NCBI RefSeq assembly: GCF_006345805.1
Contig: NC_043013.1
Location: 36,084,001 to 36,148,000 of the forward strand
Origin: Octopus sinensis
Taxonomy: Eukaryota
DNA length: 64,000 bases
Direction of reading: 5' to 3'
In this document: in pieces, positions 1 to 11,521 of the stretch
How the letters are laid out: each line of letters opens with the position of its first letter
Numbering within the stretch: position 1 is the first letter of the stretch
Program-made: the position numbers and the translations under genes
Notes under the pieces: generated by a model
Told to the model about the DNA's origin: nothing
Databases searched by the model: none
The model's input: the letters and a program-made list of their open reading frames with translations, nothing else

Positions 1-44
1 GGAAAGTATTTTGGTTGGTGTGCTAATGATTCTGCCAGTACATA

Positions 45-1730
45 ATAATGATAATGACTTTTAACATAGATATAAGGCATGTTCACTTCACCAACAAGTA
101 ACCTTAGATACCAAGAACCCTCCTAAGTATCCTAGCTGTCCCTAATAACACTGTTTTCTGGAACTGTACTTAACTGGGTTTTATTACTATCCATTTGTTC
201 AAATCTTTAGGGATAGCTCCTGATGCACCTATAATTACTGTGGTACATTTTAACCGCTCTTTCCATAGTCTCTGTAAGTCAATAGCTAGGTCCTGGTACT
301 TTGCTATTTTTTCTATACTTCTCATATCGATTTTTTCATCGTTTGGGACTGCAAAGTCAAATTATCTGGTACTTTCTGTTCTCTTTGTCTACTATACTAA
401 ATCAAACCTTCTAGCTTCTGCTACTCTGTCAGTCTGAATGTTGAAGCCCTACAACATCTCATATTTCTTACTTTCTAGTACTTTACTACAGTCATGTTCA
501 TACCATTTATCAGTATGGTCAACTCTTAGCTTTCTACATAGCTCCCAGTGGATTACTCTCCCTAGGTTGTCATCTCTTTTCTTGTATTCTTTCTATGCCA
601 GCATGCTAAATTCACTTACTATATGAGTAACACTTTCCTCTTTTGATTTGCATAACCTACATTGGGAATCTACTTGGTTTTTGTCTATCTTGGCTATTAT
701 TCAATTAGTTCTTAATGCTTGATCTTGTGTTGATACCAACAAACTTTCTTTTTCTTCTTCAGCCTTCCTTTCTGCAACCATAACCAAGTCTCACTACTAC
801 TATTTGCTGCAACTATCTTTGGAAACCAACCAACCACTGTTCTTTTTTTCTGGTTTTTAACTTCATTTGTTTTTTTGGTTTCCCTATGTCTTGCTGTAAC
901 TCTAGCAACTCTTAATAAACTTTCTTCACTATTACCTACTTAGGAGTCTATATCTACTCCAGCTAGCTCTACACAGTCTTCTTCTGTCATTAGCCCTCTT
1001 CCACCTTCCTTTCCAGGTAAGTATAATATTGCTACTCCTGCCCTTGAGTGGAGTCCTCTATTCATATTGAATTCCTTCCTAGTTCTTCTGTCCAGCTTTG
1101 CTAATTCAGTTTTTGTCCAATCTACAAAAGCTGCTGAGTATCCAAGTAATGATACTGCCCAAGTATTTACAGCCTTCTCTAGATTCAGACCATTTAGCTT
1201 GGACTTCATTCGCTTCCTCAATCTTCTGATGTATTCCTTCTCAATTTTTGTTTTCATTTCTGTGGTTAGTACTCTGTCAGATTTCAATACTCTTAGATAA
1301 TTATAACTCTCTCCTCCTTTCAATGATTTTAATGTCTGGCCATCTGGTAATTGGATGCTTTCACTATTGACTACCTACCTCCTTTCATGTCTAGTATTGC
1401 ACACTTATCTATTCCAAATTCCATGCTTATGTCTTTGCTGAAGAGTCTTACAGTCTGTAGTAAGGAAATGATCTCCTTTTCATTCGTACTAAAAAGCTTC
1501 AGATTATCCACGTAGAGCAAATGGTTAATTTTTCCGTTATTATTTCTGAACTGATACCCTGCCTTTGCCTTCCTTAATACTAAACTGAGGGGGATCAAAG
1601 TTAAGACAAATATTAAAGGGGATAACAAGTCTCCTTGGAAAATTCCTCTCTTGATATTAACCTTCCTTAAGTCTGTATCACATGAGTAGAGGTTTACTTT
1701 CCATTTCTTCATGCTAAAGCTAATGAATTT
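45..1730 (-). mobile_element. 5'-truncated, degenerate non-LTR retrotransposon with RT plus restriction-like endonuclease (R4/Dong-like clade)
   Basis: Minus-strand frames give RT motifs IFQGDLLSPL and KINHLLYVDNLKLF (1371-1730), thumb region KSKLNG..AVNTWAVSLL..DWTKTEL..LDRRTRK..LYLPGKEGGRGL (940-1323), a CCHC-knuckle remnant and WYEH. The REL region reads QTDRVAEARRFDLV..KIAKYQDLAIDLQRLW..IIGASG..QKTVLLGTARILRRVLGI with a stop at ~104. Multiple stops and frameshifts. Confidence 0.9.
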
Positions 1731-1756
1731 ATTATTATTATTATTATTATTATTAC

Positions 1757-1807
<51 letters not shown>

Positions 1808-1829
1808 CATTATCATCATCATCATTACT
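1730..1829. repeat. (TTA)n/(TCA)n microsatellite
   Basis: Direct reading; lies between the LINE 5' end and a SINE head. Confidence 0.95.
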
Positions 1830-2280
1830 AAGGTGGTGAGCTGGCAGAATTGTTAGCATGTCAGGAAAAATGTTTAGCAGCAGTTTATCTTCACAATTTT
1901 GAGTTCAAATTCTGCTGAGGTCGACTTCGGCTTTCATCTTTTTGGAGTCAATAAATTAAGTACCAGTCAAGTACTAGGGTTGATGTGATCAACTAATCCC
2001 CTCCCCACAAATTTCAGATCTTGTACCTATAGTAGAAAGGATTATTATAATTATTAATGTGGCAAAAAGCCAGAATTGTTAGCGTGGCAAACAAAATGTT
2101 TAGTGGCATTTCGTTTACCTTGACATTCTGAGTTCAAATTCTGCTGAGATCGACTTTGCCATTCATCCTTTCGAGGTCCCTAAAATACGTGCTAGCTGAG
2201 TACTAGGATCGATGTAATTGAATTGCTCCCTTACCAAAAATTTCAGGCATTGTGCCTAAGGTAGAAAGGATTATTAATAT
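1830..2280 (+). mobile_element. Two head-to-tail copies of tRNA-derived SINE family B (AAGGCGGCGAGCTGGCAGAA head)
   Basis: A-box/B-box-like head (GAGTTCAAATTC), conserved core GAGGTCGACTTTGCCTTTCATCCTTT..AAGTACCAG and GTAGAAAGGATTATT tail; copies at ~1830-2050 and ~2057-2280. Confidence 0.9.
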
Positions 2281-3224
2281 TGTTATGGTTCAACTTAAGG
2301 ACAGAGCTGGCGACCTACTTTGCTGGCTTGGAGACTAAAAGTCTACAATACAAAGTTATAGTCCTTTGTTTTAGAAAGAGTAATGAGCCTTTAGGGGACC
2401 TTTGGCCTTGTGCCGGTCAGGGAAAGTTCGTTGTAGACACCCCTTAAATAAGCAGTTCAGTTTGTGAGTGGGAGAGACAGTCGGCATTTGGGATTCAAGG
2501 CAAGCAGTTGGCAGTTTAGCAGGGCTGTTCTGCTGGTGACAGTGTACTGAGAGAGAGAGAAAGACAGACATGAGAGAGTAAACAGTTGGGATTGTACAGC
2601 GAGTTAGTAATGGTTTGTTCTGCTGTGACAGAGAGAGATATACAGAGGATTAGGCAGCTAAGAGAGAGGATTACAATGTGAGGCATTGGCTGATGTAACG
2701 GTATGTGTTAATTGTGTTGATATGTGAATTATGTAAAGAGACTATAACGAACTGTTACAGAAGTGAGTAAAGGACTTGTTGATGTGAATTGTATTGATAT
2801 GTGTTACAGAACTGTTAAAGAAAGAGAGAGACTCTGTTGTAGTCTTTAATGAACATTGAACTGTATATGTGTTAATTGTCCTTTGAACTGTAACGTTAAT
2901 GTGAAGTGTACGTTAATTGAACATTGATTTGTAACGTAAACTTATTTGTCTATGAACATTGTATATGCCTTTAATGTGATTTGAAACAGAACTGTTGTTT
3001 CCGGACTGTATATTGTATCTGCATGTTTAAATGCTTTGATCTGTTGTATACCTGTATTGATTTGTTTTCTTTAAATGCTGTTGTATCTCTGAGTTCCGTG
3101 GCGAACTTTTCTGATCGATCGGGCCTGGTCAATCGTCGTCGCTCGACTTGTTGGGATCCCGGGTTCTAGTTTGAGCGACGGCAGGTGGGATTCTGTAGCA
3201 ACTTTCGTTGGAGGTCCCGTAACA
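2281..3224. mobile_element. Solo LTR (Ty3/Gypsy-like)
   Basis: Starts TGTTATGG and ends CCGTAACA (7/8 inverted match, TG..CA). ATAT is duplicated at 2277-2280 and 3225-3228. 944 bp with no coding content. Confidence 0.8.
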
Positions 3225-3479
3225 ATATTAATTACAACAGTTTGATTTAGCTCCATATGCTATAAAGTTTCCCAGTTTTCTCACAAAAACCAAGCCTGTC
3301 CAGACTCAAATTACTATTTGGTAATCTACTCCTGAATAAGCTACATTTCTGCAAGAAGCCTACAAAATTTTTAGTTGTATGACGCCAAAACGGACGGTTT
3401 TCAAAAATAATATGTGTAACTCCTACTAAATCTGTTGAGAGTCTCTTTCTCTCATTTGTCCATTCCCTTGTGTGTGAGT

Positions 3480-3508
3480 GTATATACATACATACATACA
3501 TACATACA

Positions 3509-3544
<36 letters not shown>

Positions 3545-3553
3545 TATTATATA

Positions 3554-3596
<43 letters not shown>

Positions 3597-3936
3597 CATT
3601 TATGTGTGTGTGTGTGTATATATATACATACATATATAGATATATATATATGTATAGTTATACATATTTATGCATGTATATATACATACACATGCATATA
3701 TACGTGCTCAGATATAACCTATGTATATATATGTACATATATATGCTTAGATACACATTATATACACATGTGAATGAACAAATAAAAGTAGGCTTCAGTA
3801 CCTTTGGATGTAGTTAGATATGTTGGATACGTACATGCATATTATATATATATATATATATAATATATACATATATACATATATACATATATAATATATA
3901 TAGACATATATACATATATATATATATATATTATAT

Positions 3937-4009
<73 letters not shown>

Positions 4010-4090
4010 ATATCTCAATATTTATACATACATAAACACACAATACACACTTATTTGCACGTGTATACATACACACACCTATACATACCT
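3480..4090. repeat. Compound (TACA)n/(TA)n/(CA)n microsatellite field
   Basis: Direct reading. Confidence 0.95.
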
Positions 4091-4498
4091 ACTTATGTAC
4101 TCATTTAGGCAAATAGATTGCTGTGTTTCTTTTTTTTTGCGTTTGTGCACCAAAGCTAATATGCGATGACTGCTTGTCATTTCGTTGCAAAACAAGGATG
4201 CCAGGGGCAGGAAACCATAGAAAATGCATGAGGACAGCTGTGTAACACAAATAAAAAGTGACCTGTACAAACATCGAAGTTTGTTAAGTTGGTGGTATCT
4301 AAGAACCGAACAATACATTTATATGTTAGATGTAGTTGTATATATTTATGTAGTTTTCTTTCTCTCGCTCCCTCAATCTCTCTGTATACATACATACATA
4401 CATACATATGTACGTACATACATACATACATACATACATACATACATACATACATACATACATACATACATACATACATACACACATACATACATATA

Positions 4499-4757
4499 GG
4501 CACAGGCATGGCTGTGTGGTAAGAAGCTTGCTTCCCAACCACATGGATCTGGATCCAGTACCACTGTGTGGCAGTTTGGGCAAGTATCTTCTACTATAGC
4601 TTCAGACCAATCAAAGCTTTGTGAGTAGATTTTGTGGACAGAAACTGAAAGAAGCACCTGGTGTTGGTTTGTTTGCGTCCCCATAGCTTAGCAGTCCAGC
4701 AAGTACCAAGGTCAGTTCATTCATTCTAGTGACTGAAACAAGTAAAAGATAAAAGAT
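4499..4757 (+). mobile_element. tRNA-derived CORE-type SINE family A (octopus OR2-like, tentative), internally deleted
   Basis: Head GGCACAGGCATGGCTGTGTGGTAAG, B-box-like GGATCCAGTACC, CORE-like TTGGGCAAGTATCTTCT, tail GTGACTGAAACAAGTAAAAGA. Confidence 0.85.
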
Positions 4758-4785
4758 CTATCTCTCTATCTCTCTATCTCTCTAA

Positions 4786-4836
<51 letters not shown>

Positions 4837-4858
4837 ATCAAAATAAGCAACAGAGGTA

Positions 4859-4947
4859 ATGCAGTACGATCGTTTCATGTGACTCCATTTAATTGAACAA
4901 GGCAAATATTACATCAATTTAAAATGTAGAGCAATCTTCAGCTGCAT
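4859..4947 (-). ncRNA. Candidate type I hammerhead ribozyme
   Basis: Minus strand reads AUGCAG-CUGAAGA-[58-nt imperfect hairpin]-GAAA-C-GAUC-G-UA-CUGCAU: 6-bp helix I, canonical core boxes, palindromic minimal helix III (ACGAUCGU) and a GUA cleavage triplet. Confidence 0.7.
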
Positions 4948-5157
4948 AAAAATATAGAATTTAGTTAAATTCGAAGGATTCACTTGTATAGTTTTCTTGC
5001 TATCCAAAATCACAAAGAAGATTATAATCACCCATTTTGAATTTTGAGGATTATAATCACCTCATTTTGAATTATATGGATAATAGCATATTAAATTCTG
5101 GTGCTTTTAACTTAAGTACCATATTCAACCGAATCTAAATTTTACTGAACCTATCCA

Positions 5158-5199
<42 letters not shown>

Positions 5200-5203
<4 letters not shown>

Positions 5204-5760
5204 AGAAAAATAAAAACGGAAAATACGCACTCTTACATGGTTATAGTATAATTTTTAATGTATCGATCGGTTTCGCAATCGCTATTCATGATACAATGTT
5301 TAATTTATATGAAAATATATTTTTTCTTAAGAAGAAAATGGGTCCATGTTGTTTATAATGAGATTCACGAGTGAATGATTTTACAAGTTGACAAGTAAAG
5401 GGAGGTAATTGGTTGTTATTATTGTTATTGTTGTCTGTAAGGGAGATAACTGTTTAGGTTTTGGGTGGGGAAAATATGTGTATAGAAAGGAGACAGGTTT
5501 AAAAAAGAGGGGGTCCTTGCTTAGTAGGGGATTTAGTACAGTGATGTAATATGTAAAAACGATGAAATGAGTGCTCAACACCACATTGCAAGGATAAATA
5601 ATGCATGGATAAAAATGGAGGCAAAGACCTTTCTCCATGTGATCAGCTTGAAAAATTGTTAAGCTACTTCGATATTTTCCTACTCTTCTTAACATGAAAC
5701 CCATAAAAGGAATTATATGTATATATATTGTACGATACAAACAAAAAGGTGGTGTTCTTC
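5200..5760 (-). mobile_element. Probable Penelope-like 3' terminal remnant with a degenerate hammerhead-like motif (5259-5295)
   Basis: Unit bounded by (TA)n. Motif UGUAUC-AUGA-..-GAAA-CCGAUC-GAUACA keeps a 6-bp helix I but lacks CUG. Clade assignment is by architecture only. Confidence 0.35.
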
Positions 5761-5990
5761 TGCTATATATATATATAGTAGAATAATGAAGAGAAAGTTC
5801 TTGGTACAGTATTATATATATTGAAAGAATTAGTAGTGATGGCCCTTTTTTGAGGAGAAAATTTTTATTTTAATCTTAATAATAATGTTTACAGTGAGTT
5901 ACTCTGATATGAGATTTGAGCTTCAAGTAGCCATTTTTAAATTACGCTTGTATATATATATACACCACACACATATTATTTATATATATG

Positions 5991-6155
5991 TTTGTTTCAG
6001 CCATATGACTGTGGCCCTGATGGAGCACCACCTTTAGTCAAGCAAATCGACCACAGGACTTATTCTTTGTAAGCCTAGTACTTATTCTATCGGTTGTCAA
6101 GTGATGTTGAGGGGGTGAGACAAACACAGACACACAAATACACACATACATATAT

Positions 6156-6204
<49 letters not shown>

Positions 6205-6330
6205 ATGGGTTTCTTTCAGTTTCTGTCTACCAAATCCACTCACAAGGCTTTGGTCAGCCCAAGGCTATAGGTGCCACATAGTGGGACTGAACCTGGAACC
6301 ATATAGTTGGCAAGCAAGCTACTTACCCCC
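5991..6330 (-). mobile_element. SINE family A
   Basis: Reverse-complement match to the family A head, core and tail, with internal (CA)/(TA) repeat. Confidence 0.85.
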
Positions 6331-6369
6331 CACACACATCCATACATATATACATACATATATATATAT

Positions 6370-6676
6370 GTTTGTTGTTTGTTCCTTCTCAAGCCATGCC
6401 TGCCTCATAGGTTCAGTTTCCCAGTTCCCTTGGCGTATAGGTTCCCTACTTGGACAAGACACCCGTCCATCACAGGTGAGCTGCAAGATGCAGGAGGAAA
6501 GAGTGAGAGAAAGTTGAGGTGAAAGAGTCTGCAGAAGCTCGACATTACTTTCTGCTGGAGCAGCGTGGAGCTTAGGTGTTTCACTCATAAATCCATCCAT
6601 TGCCCGGTCTGAGATTCGAACCCACGATCCCTCGACCACAAGTCCGCTGCTCTAACCACTAGACTATGTGCCTCCA
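6370..6676 (-). mobile_element. tRNA-derived SINE family C (V-SINE-like central block, tentative)
   Basis: Minus head TGGAGGCACATAGTCTAGTGGTTAGAGCAGCGGAC..GGGTTCGAATC; body CCTGTGATGGACGGGTGTCTTGTCC; same family as 60925-61503. Confidence 0.8.
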
Positions 6677-6946
6677 TATATATATATATATATATTTATA
6701 TTATATATTTTTCACTTTTTGTTTATATTTTTTATATTTATACATGTAAGAAAAAGTGTTTTGTTGTTTAAGCAACCAGTAAAACATACATTTTTCAGTT
6801 TAAAACGGCTACTTAAAGCTCAAAACTCATATCAGAGTAACTCACTGTAAACATTATTATTAAGATTACAATAAAAATTATTCACCCCCCAAAAAAGCCA
6901 TCTCTACTCATTCTTTCAAATACACACACACACACACACACACACT

Positions 6947-6979
<33 letters not shown>

Positions 6980-7439
6980 ATATATATACATATATATATA
7001 TAGGTACAGGCGTGACTGTGTGATAAGAAGAATTTGCTTCTCAACCACATAGACACACACACACACACACACACACACACCACACACAGACACACTCACA
7101 CATGCACACACCTATTGCTGACAACATAAGAAATTAGAAACTTCAAGAGAGAAGATTGGGTCCCATGGACAGTCTTTGACTATCTTCTATCCAAAAAGGG
7201 GTTTTAACCCGATATTTACATGTTCTTATATTTATAGCTCTGTTTGCTTCGAGCTTCACCATTCCATTCCAGTCTATGCATGACTCTATAGTCTATGTAG
7301 CTGAGTATCCCTTAAGTATTTTTCTACATACACACACACACATGCATATATATATGCATGTATGTAGGTATGTAATGTAATGTACTCTCTCCCCGCCTCC
7401 TCTCTCTCTATATATATCTTCATATATATATATAAATCA

Positions 7440-7629
7440 AATTTACAGAAAAACAAAAGACAAAGACATAGGGACAAGCATACGTATTAGTTTGGTGTTC
7501 AGGAAAAATTGAAAAGCCTTTTATAATTTGAGCCTATGCTCTTTGACAGAAATGAATAAGAGGAAATAAACAGAGAGAGAATGAAAAAAATGTGTTGAGT
7601 TCAGTGGTCCAACATGGCAAAATGTAATA

Positions 7630-7672
<43 letters not shown>

Positions 7673-7865
7673 GGAGAATTCATGAAAAATCAAAAGAAGA
7701 AGACAGGTGGTGTAGAAAACAAACTAACGTATTAGTATAACACTCAGCAATTGAAAAAGTCTTTAATGTTTCGAGCCTATGCTCTTCTACAGAAAGGAAC
7801 ACAGAAAGAAACAAGGAGAGAAAAAATGTGTGTAGTGGCTACCGATCTATCATAGTGAATCATAT
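7440..7865 (-). mobile_element. Two tandem copies of a short Penelope-type terminal repeat family
   Basis: Shared GTATTAGT..GAAAAA..TTCGAGCCTATGCTCTT..ACAGAAA block at ~7480-7560 and ~7728-7800; further copies at ~25400-25480 and ~50335-50560; the second copy and the 50335 copy abut (TA)n. Confidence 0.55.
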
Positions 7866-7877
7866 ATATATGATGAG

Positions 7878-8030
7878 CTTCTTTCAGTTTCTGTCTACAA
7901 AATCCACGCACAGTGCTTTGGTGGGTCTCTGGCTACAAGTCAAAGACGCTTTTCTGAAGTGCCATGCAATAGGACAGAACCCGAGACCTTGTGGTCGGGA
8001 ATCAAAGCTTTTTACCACACAGCCATGCCT
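7878..8030 (-). mobile_element. SINE family A, 5' half
   Basis: CTTTCAGTTTCTGTCTACAAAATCCAC..TTACCACACAGCCATGCC. Confidence 0.75.
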
Positions 8031-8339
8031 GTATCATAGACATATCATTAAAATAACCCCACATACATGATATATTAACAAGCCTTGTTACAGTTTCGAC
8101 ATTTCCTCTCTCTCTTTTGCTCTTTCATCCTATCAACCGCACGTAACATACACAAACACAACGGACACACACAAATACACACTCACTCACTCACTCACTC
8201 ACACATGTACACACACACATACGCATGCCACACTCACATTCCATCCACACCACCCCCACACACACGAATGTACACTAATCAGTTGAGATTTAATTAGACT
8301 AGCGAATTTGTTTAACTGTTCTAATTAAATACTGAAAAA

Positions 8340-8655
8340 ATATTATTACAGTGTGTACATGTGTATGTATATGAATTCAGTGTGCTTCTATCTGTATGCG
8401 TGTGCATACACGCATGTATATATCTATGTGTCTGTGTGTGTGTATATACACATATATAAATACACACACACATATGTATATATACGTATGTATATATTTA
8501 TACATATATGCATATATGTATATATATGTATATATATACATAGATATATATACACACAAACATATATATATTTATATATACATATATAAATATATATACA
8601 TATATATATATAAATATACATATATAAATATATATACACACACACACACACACAT

Positions 8656-8698
<43 letters not shown>

Positions 8699-9262
8699 TG
8701 TATGTTTTAGTTTTTGTATATATATATATATAATATATATATATATCAATCTCTCTATATATATACATACACAGACACATATGTATATGTGTATGTATGT
8801 ATATATATTTACGTATCCGTGTTAGAGTGTATGTGTAAATGAAATCGACACTTCAGATATAAAGGAGTGGCAAAACCCGTGGCTAATGTGTTTGTATATA
8901 CTTGCGCACATGTGTGTGTGAGTGCGTGTGTGTTTATGTGTGTGTTTGTGTGTGTTTATATATCATTGAGTTATTTGTGAAAATATGTGTGGTTCAGCAT
9001 GCACGTAGGGAGTAAGTAAATGTATATGTATTTGTATCTGTGTCAATATGTGCGTATTTTCACTGTATGCATGTGTTATACATGCACACATATATGTGAC
9101 TATATATGTATATGTATATATATATATGTATATATATACACACACACACACACACACAGAGGCTTATATATATATATATATTTATATATAATGTGTCTGT
9201 GTATTGTATACATATAATACATATATATTATGTAATATATATATATATGATATAGATATATG

Positions 9263-9299
<37 letters not shown>

Positions 9300-9676
9300 T
9301 ATATATATACACACTCAATTATATATATATATCTATATTATCTATATATATACATATATGTATACACTTATATAGTTATATATATATATACGTATATACA
9401 TATATACTATATATGTATATATATGTGTGTGGTGTGTATGTATATATCTATATATATATATATATTATATATACATACACATATATATTTTTGTGTGTGT
9501 GTATGTATATATTATATATATATATATAACATACACACACACATGACTTTCATGAGTGAATGGTTGTGTGTGTGTGTAATTATGGTAGATTTCTAATTGA
9601 TAAAATGAAAATGACCTGATAGCACAAGCATGAATGCGTATAAATGGTATATAAGTCTATGTGTGTTGGTGTATGC

Positions 9677-9708
<32 letters not shown>

Positions 9709-9712
9709 ATAT

Positions 9713-9745
<33 letters not shown>

Positions 9746-10202
9746 TATATATATATATATATGTACGTATGTATGTATGTGTATTGTATGTATGCATGGT
9801 ATGTATGTATGCATTGTATGTATGTATGTATGTATGTATGTATGTATGGATGTATGCATGCATGTATGTATGTATGTATGTATGCATGCATGTATGTATT
9901 GTATGTATGTATGTATGTATGTATGTATGTATGTATGTATGTATGTATGTATGTATGGAAACAACATATGTAGTGTATAAATACTTGACTGTATGTGTGT
10001 GTACGTGTTTAGGCAGCTTTTGTATATGTATGTGTGTATTTGCATGTTTGTGTGTGAGTAAATGTGTTGATTAGGAATTTCACAACTGTTAAACAAAGAC
10101 CAATTAACACTGATTAATACTTGATAAACATAATTATTTCACCCTTGAGTGTGCGTACATGTGTATGTGTGCATATTTATGCCAGTTTATGTGGCTGCTC
10201 AA

Positions 10203-10275
<73 letters not shown>

Positions 10276-10466
10276 CCTCTATCTCTATCTATCTATCTAT
10301 CTATCACTACATCTATCTATCTATTAATCTATCTATATACCTCTATCTCTATCTATTTATCTATCATACCTCGATCTTCTATCCTATCTATATCTATGTC
10401 TACTTTATCTTCTATCTATCTATCTATCATCCACCATCTTCTATCTATCTATTTATCTATCTATCC

Positions 10467-10498
<32 letters not shown>

Positions 10499-10513
10499 CT
10501 ATCTATCTATCTG

Positions 10514-10568
<55 letters not shown>

Positions 10569-10570
10569 AA
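8340..10570. repeat. Microsatellite field: (TA)n, (CA)n, (TATG)n, long (TATC)n at 10203-10568
   Basis: Direct reading; source of many spurious YI/MYV/IYLS ORFs. Confidence 0.95.
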
Positions 10571-11064
10571 TATCTGTTTACCTATACATTCATATATAAA
10601 TTTATACACATATAAATACACACACATACACGTGCACACATATATACACTTCTTGTTGACCTAATCAAACCTATTAGAAAAAAACCTATGACCAAAGCCA
10701 AATCAGCCATGACATTACAAATGTGCACACACACACACACACACACACCACACACACACACGCACACACACGATATATGTGTGTCCTTGCAGCTATATCT
10801 GTCTCCACTACCATTTGACAATTAGTATTAGTTTGTTTACCTTCTCATGACTTAGAGGGTTGGAAAGAGAGATTAAAAAATATATATGCACAGGGAGATG
10901 GGGGATCAATTTGTTTGACTACAGCCCATCGAGGCATTGCCCCAGCATGGCCACAGTCCAGTGACTGAAACAGGTAAAAGATAAAAGGTATATTTCCTGC
11001 AGCAGTTTAAAGGAATCTGAACAGCGTAAAAGTCACTTTTTACTTTTTAGTTTTGAGATTCTCC

Positions 11065-11410
11065 AGTAAAAACTGGGTATAGCTCTCCTTCAGTCATGAA
11101 TGACCATAGAATTGCACCTAGAATGTTCCCCTCCGAGGCACAAGTCTGGGCAAGGTTGTTTATGGAAGACCGGCAATTGCCCATACATGACAGCCTACCT
11201 TCTCCAAGGCACAGATGTTATCCAAGGGAAAGGCAAAGGAGCTGATACACCTTGATACCAGTGACGTTGCAACTCATTTCTACAGTTGAGTGAACTTGAG
11301 CAACGTGAAACAAAGTGTCTTGCTCAAGAATACAACAAACAGCCCAGTCCAGGAATTGAACTCACTACCTAATGATTGTGAGCCCGACACTTTAACCACT
11401 GAGCCATGCA
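11065..11410 (-). mobile_element. tRNA-derived SINE family D
   Basis: Minus head GCATGGCTCAGTGGTTAAAGTGTCGGGCTCAC..GAGTTCAATTCC, then CTTGAGCAAGACACTT CORE-like block. Confidence 0.75.
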
Positions 11411-11486
11411 ATTTCTGTAATATATATATATATATATACCTTATATATTCATATATACATATATATACATATACATACATATATAA

Positions 11487-11520
<34 letters not shown>

Positions 11521-11521
<1 letters not shown>

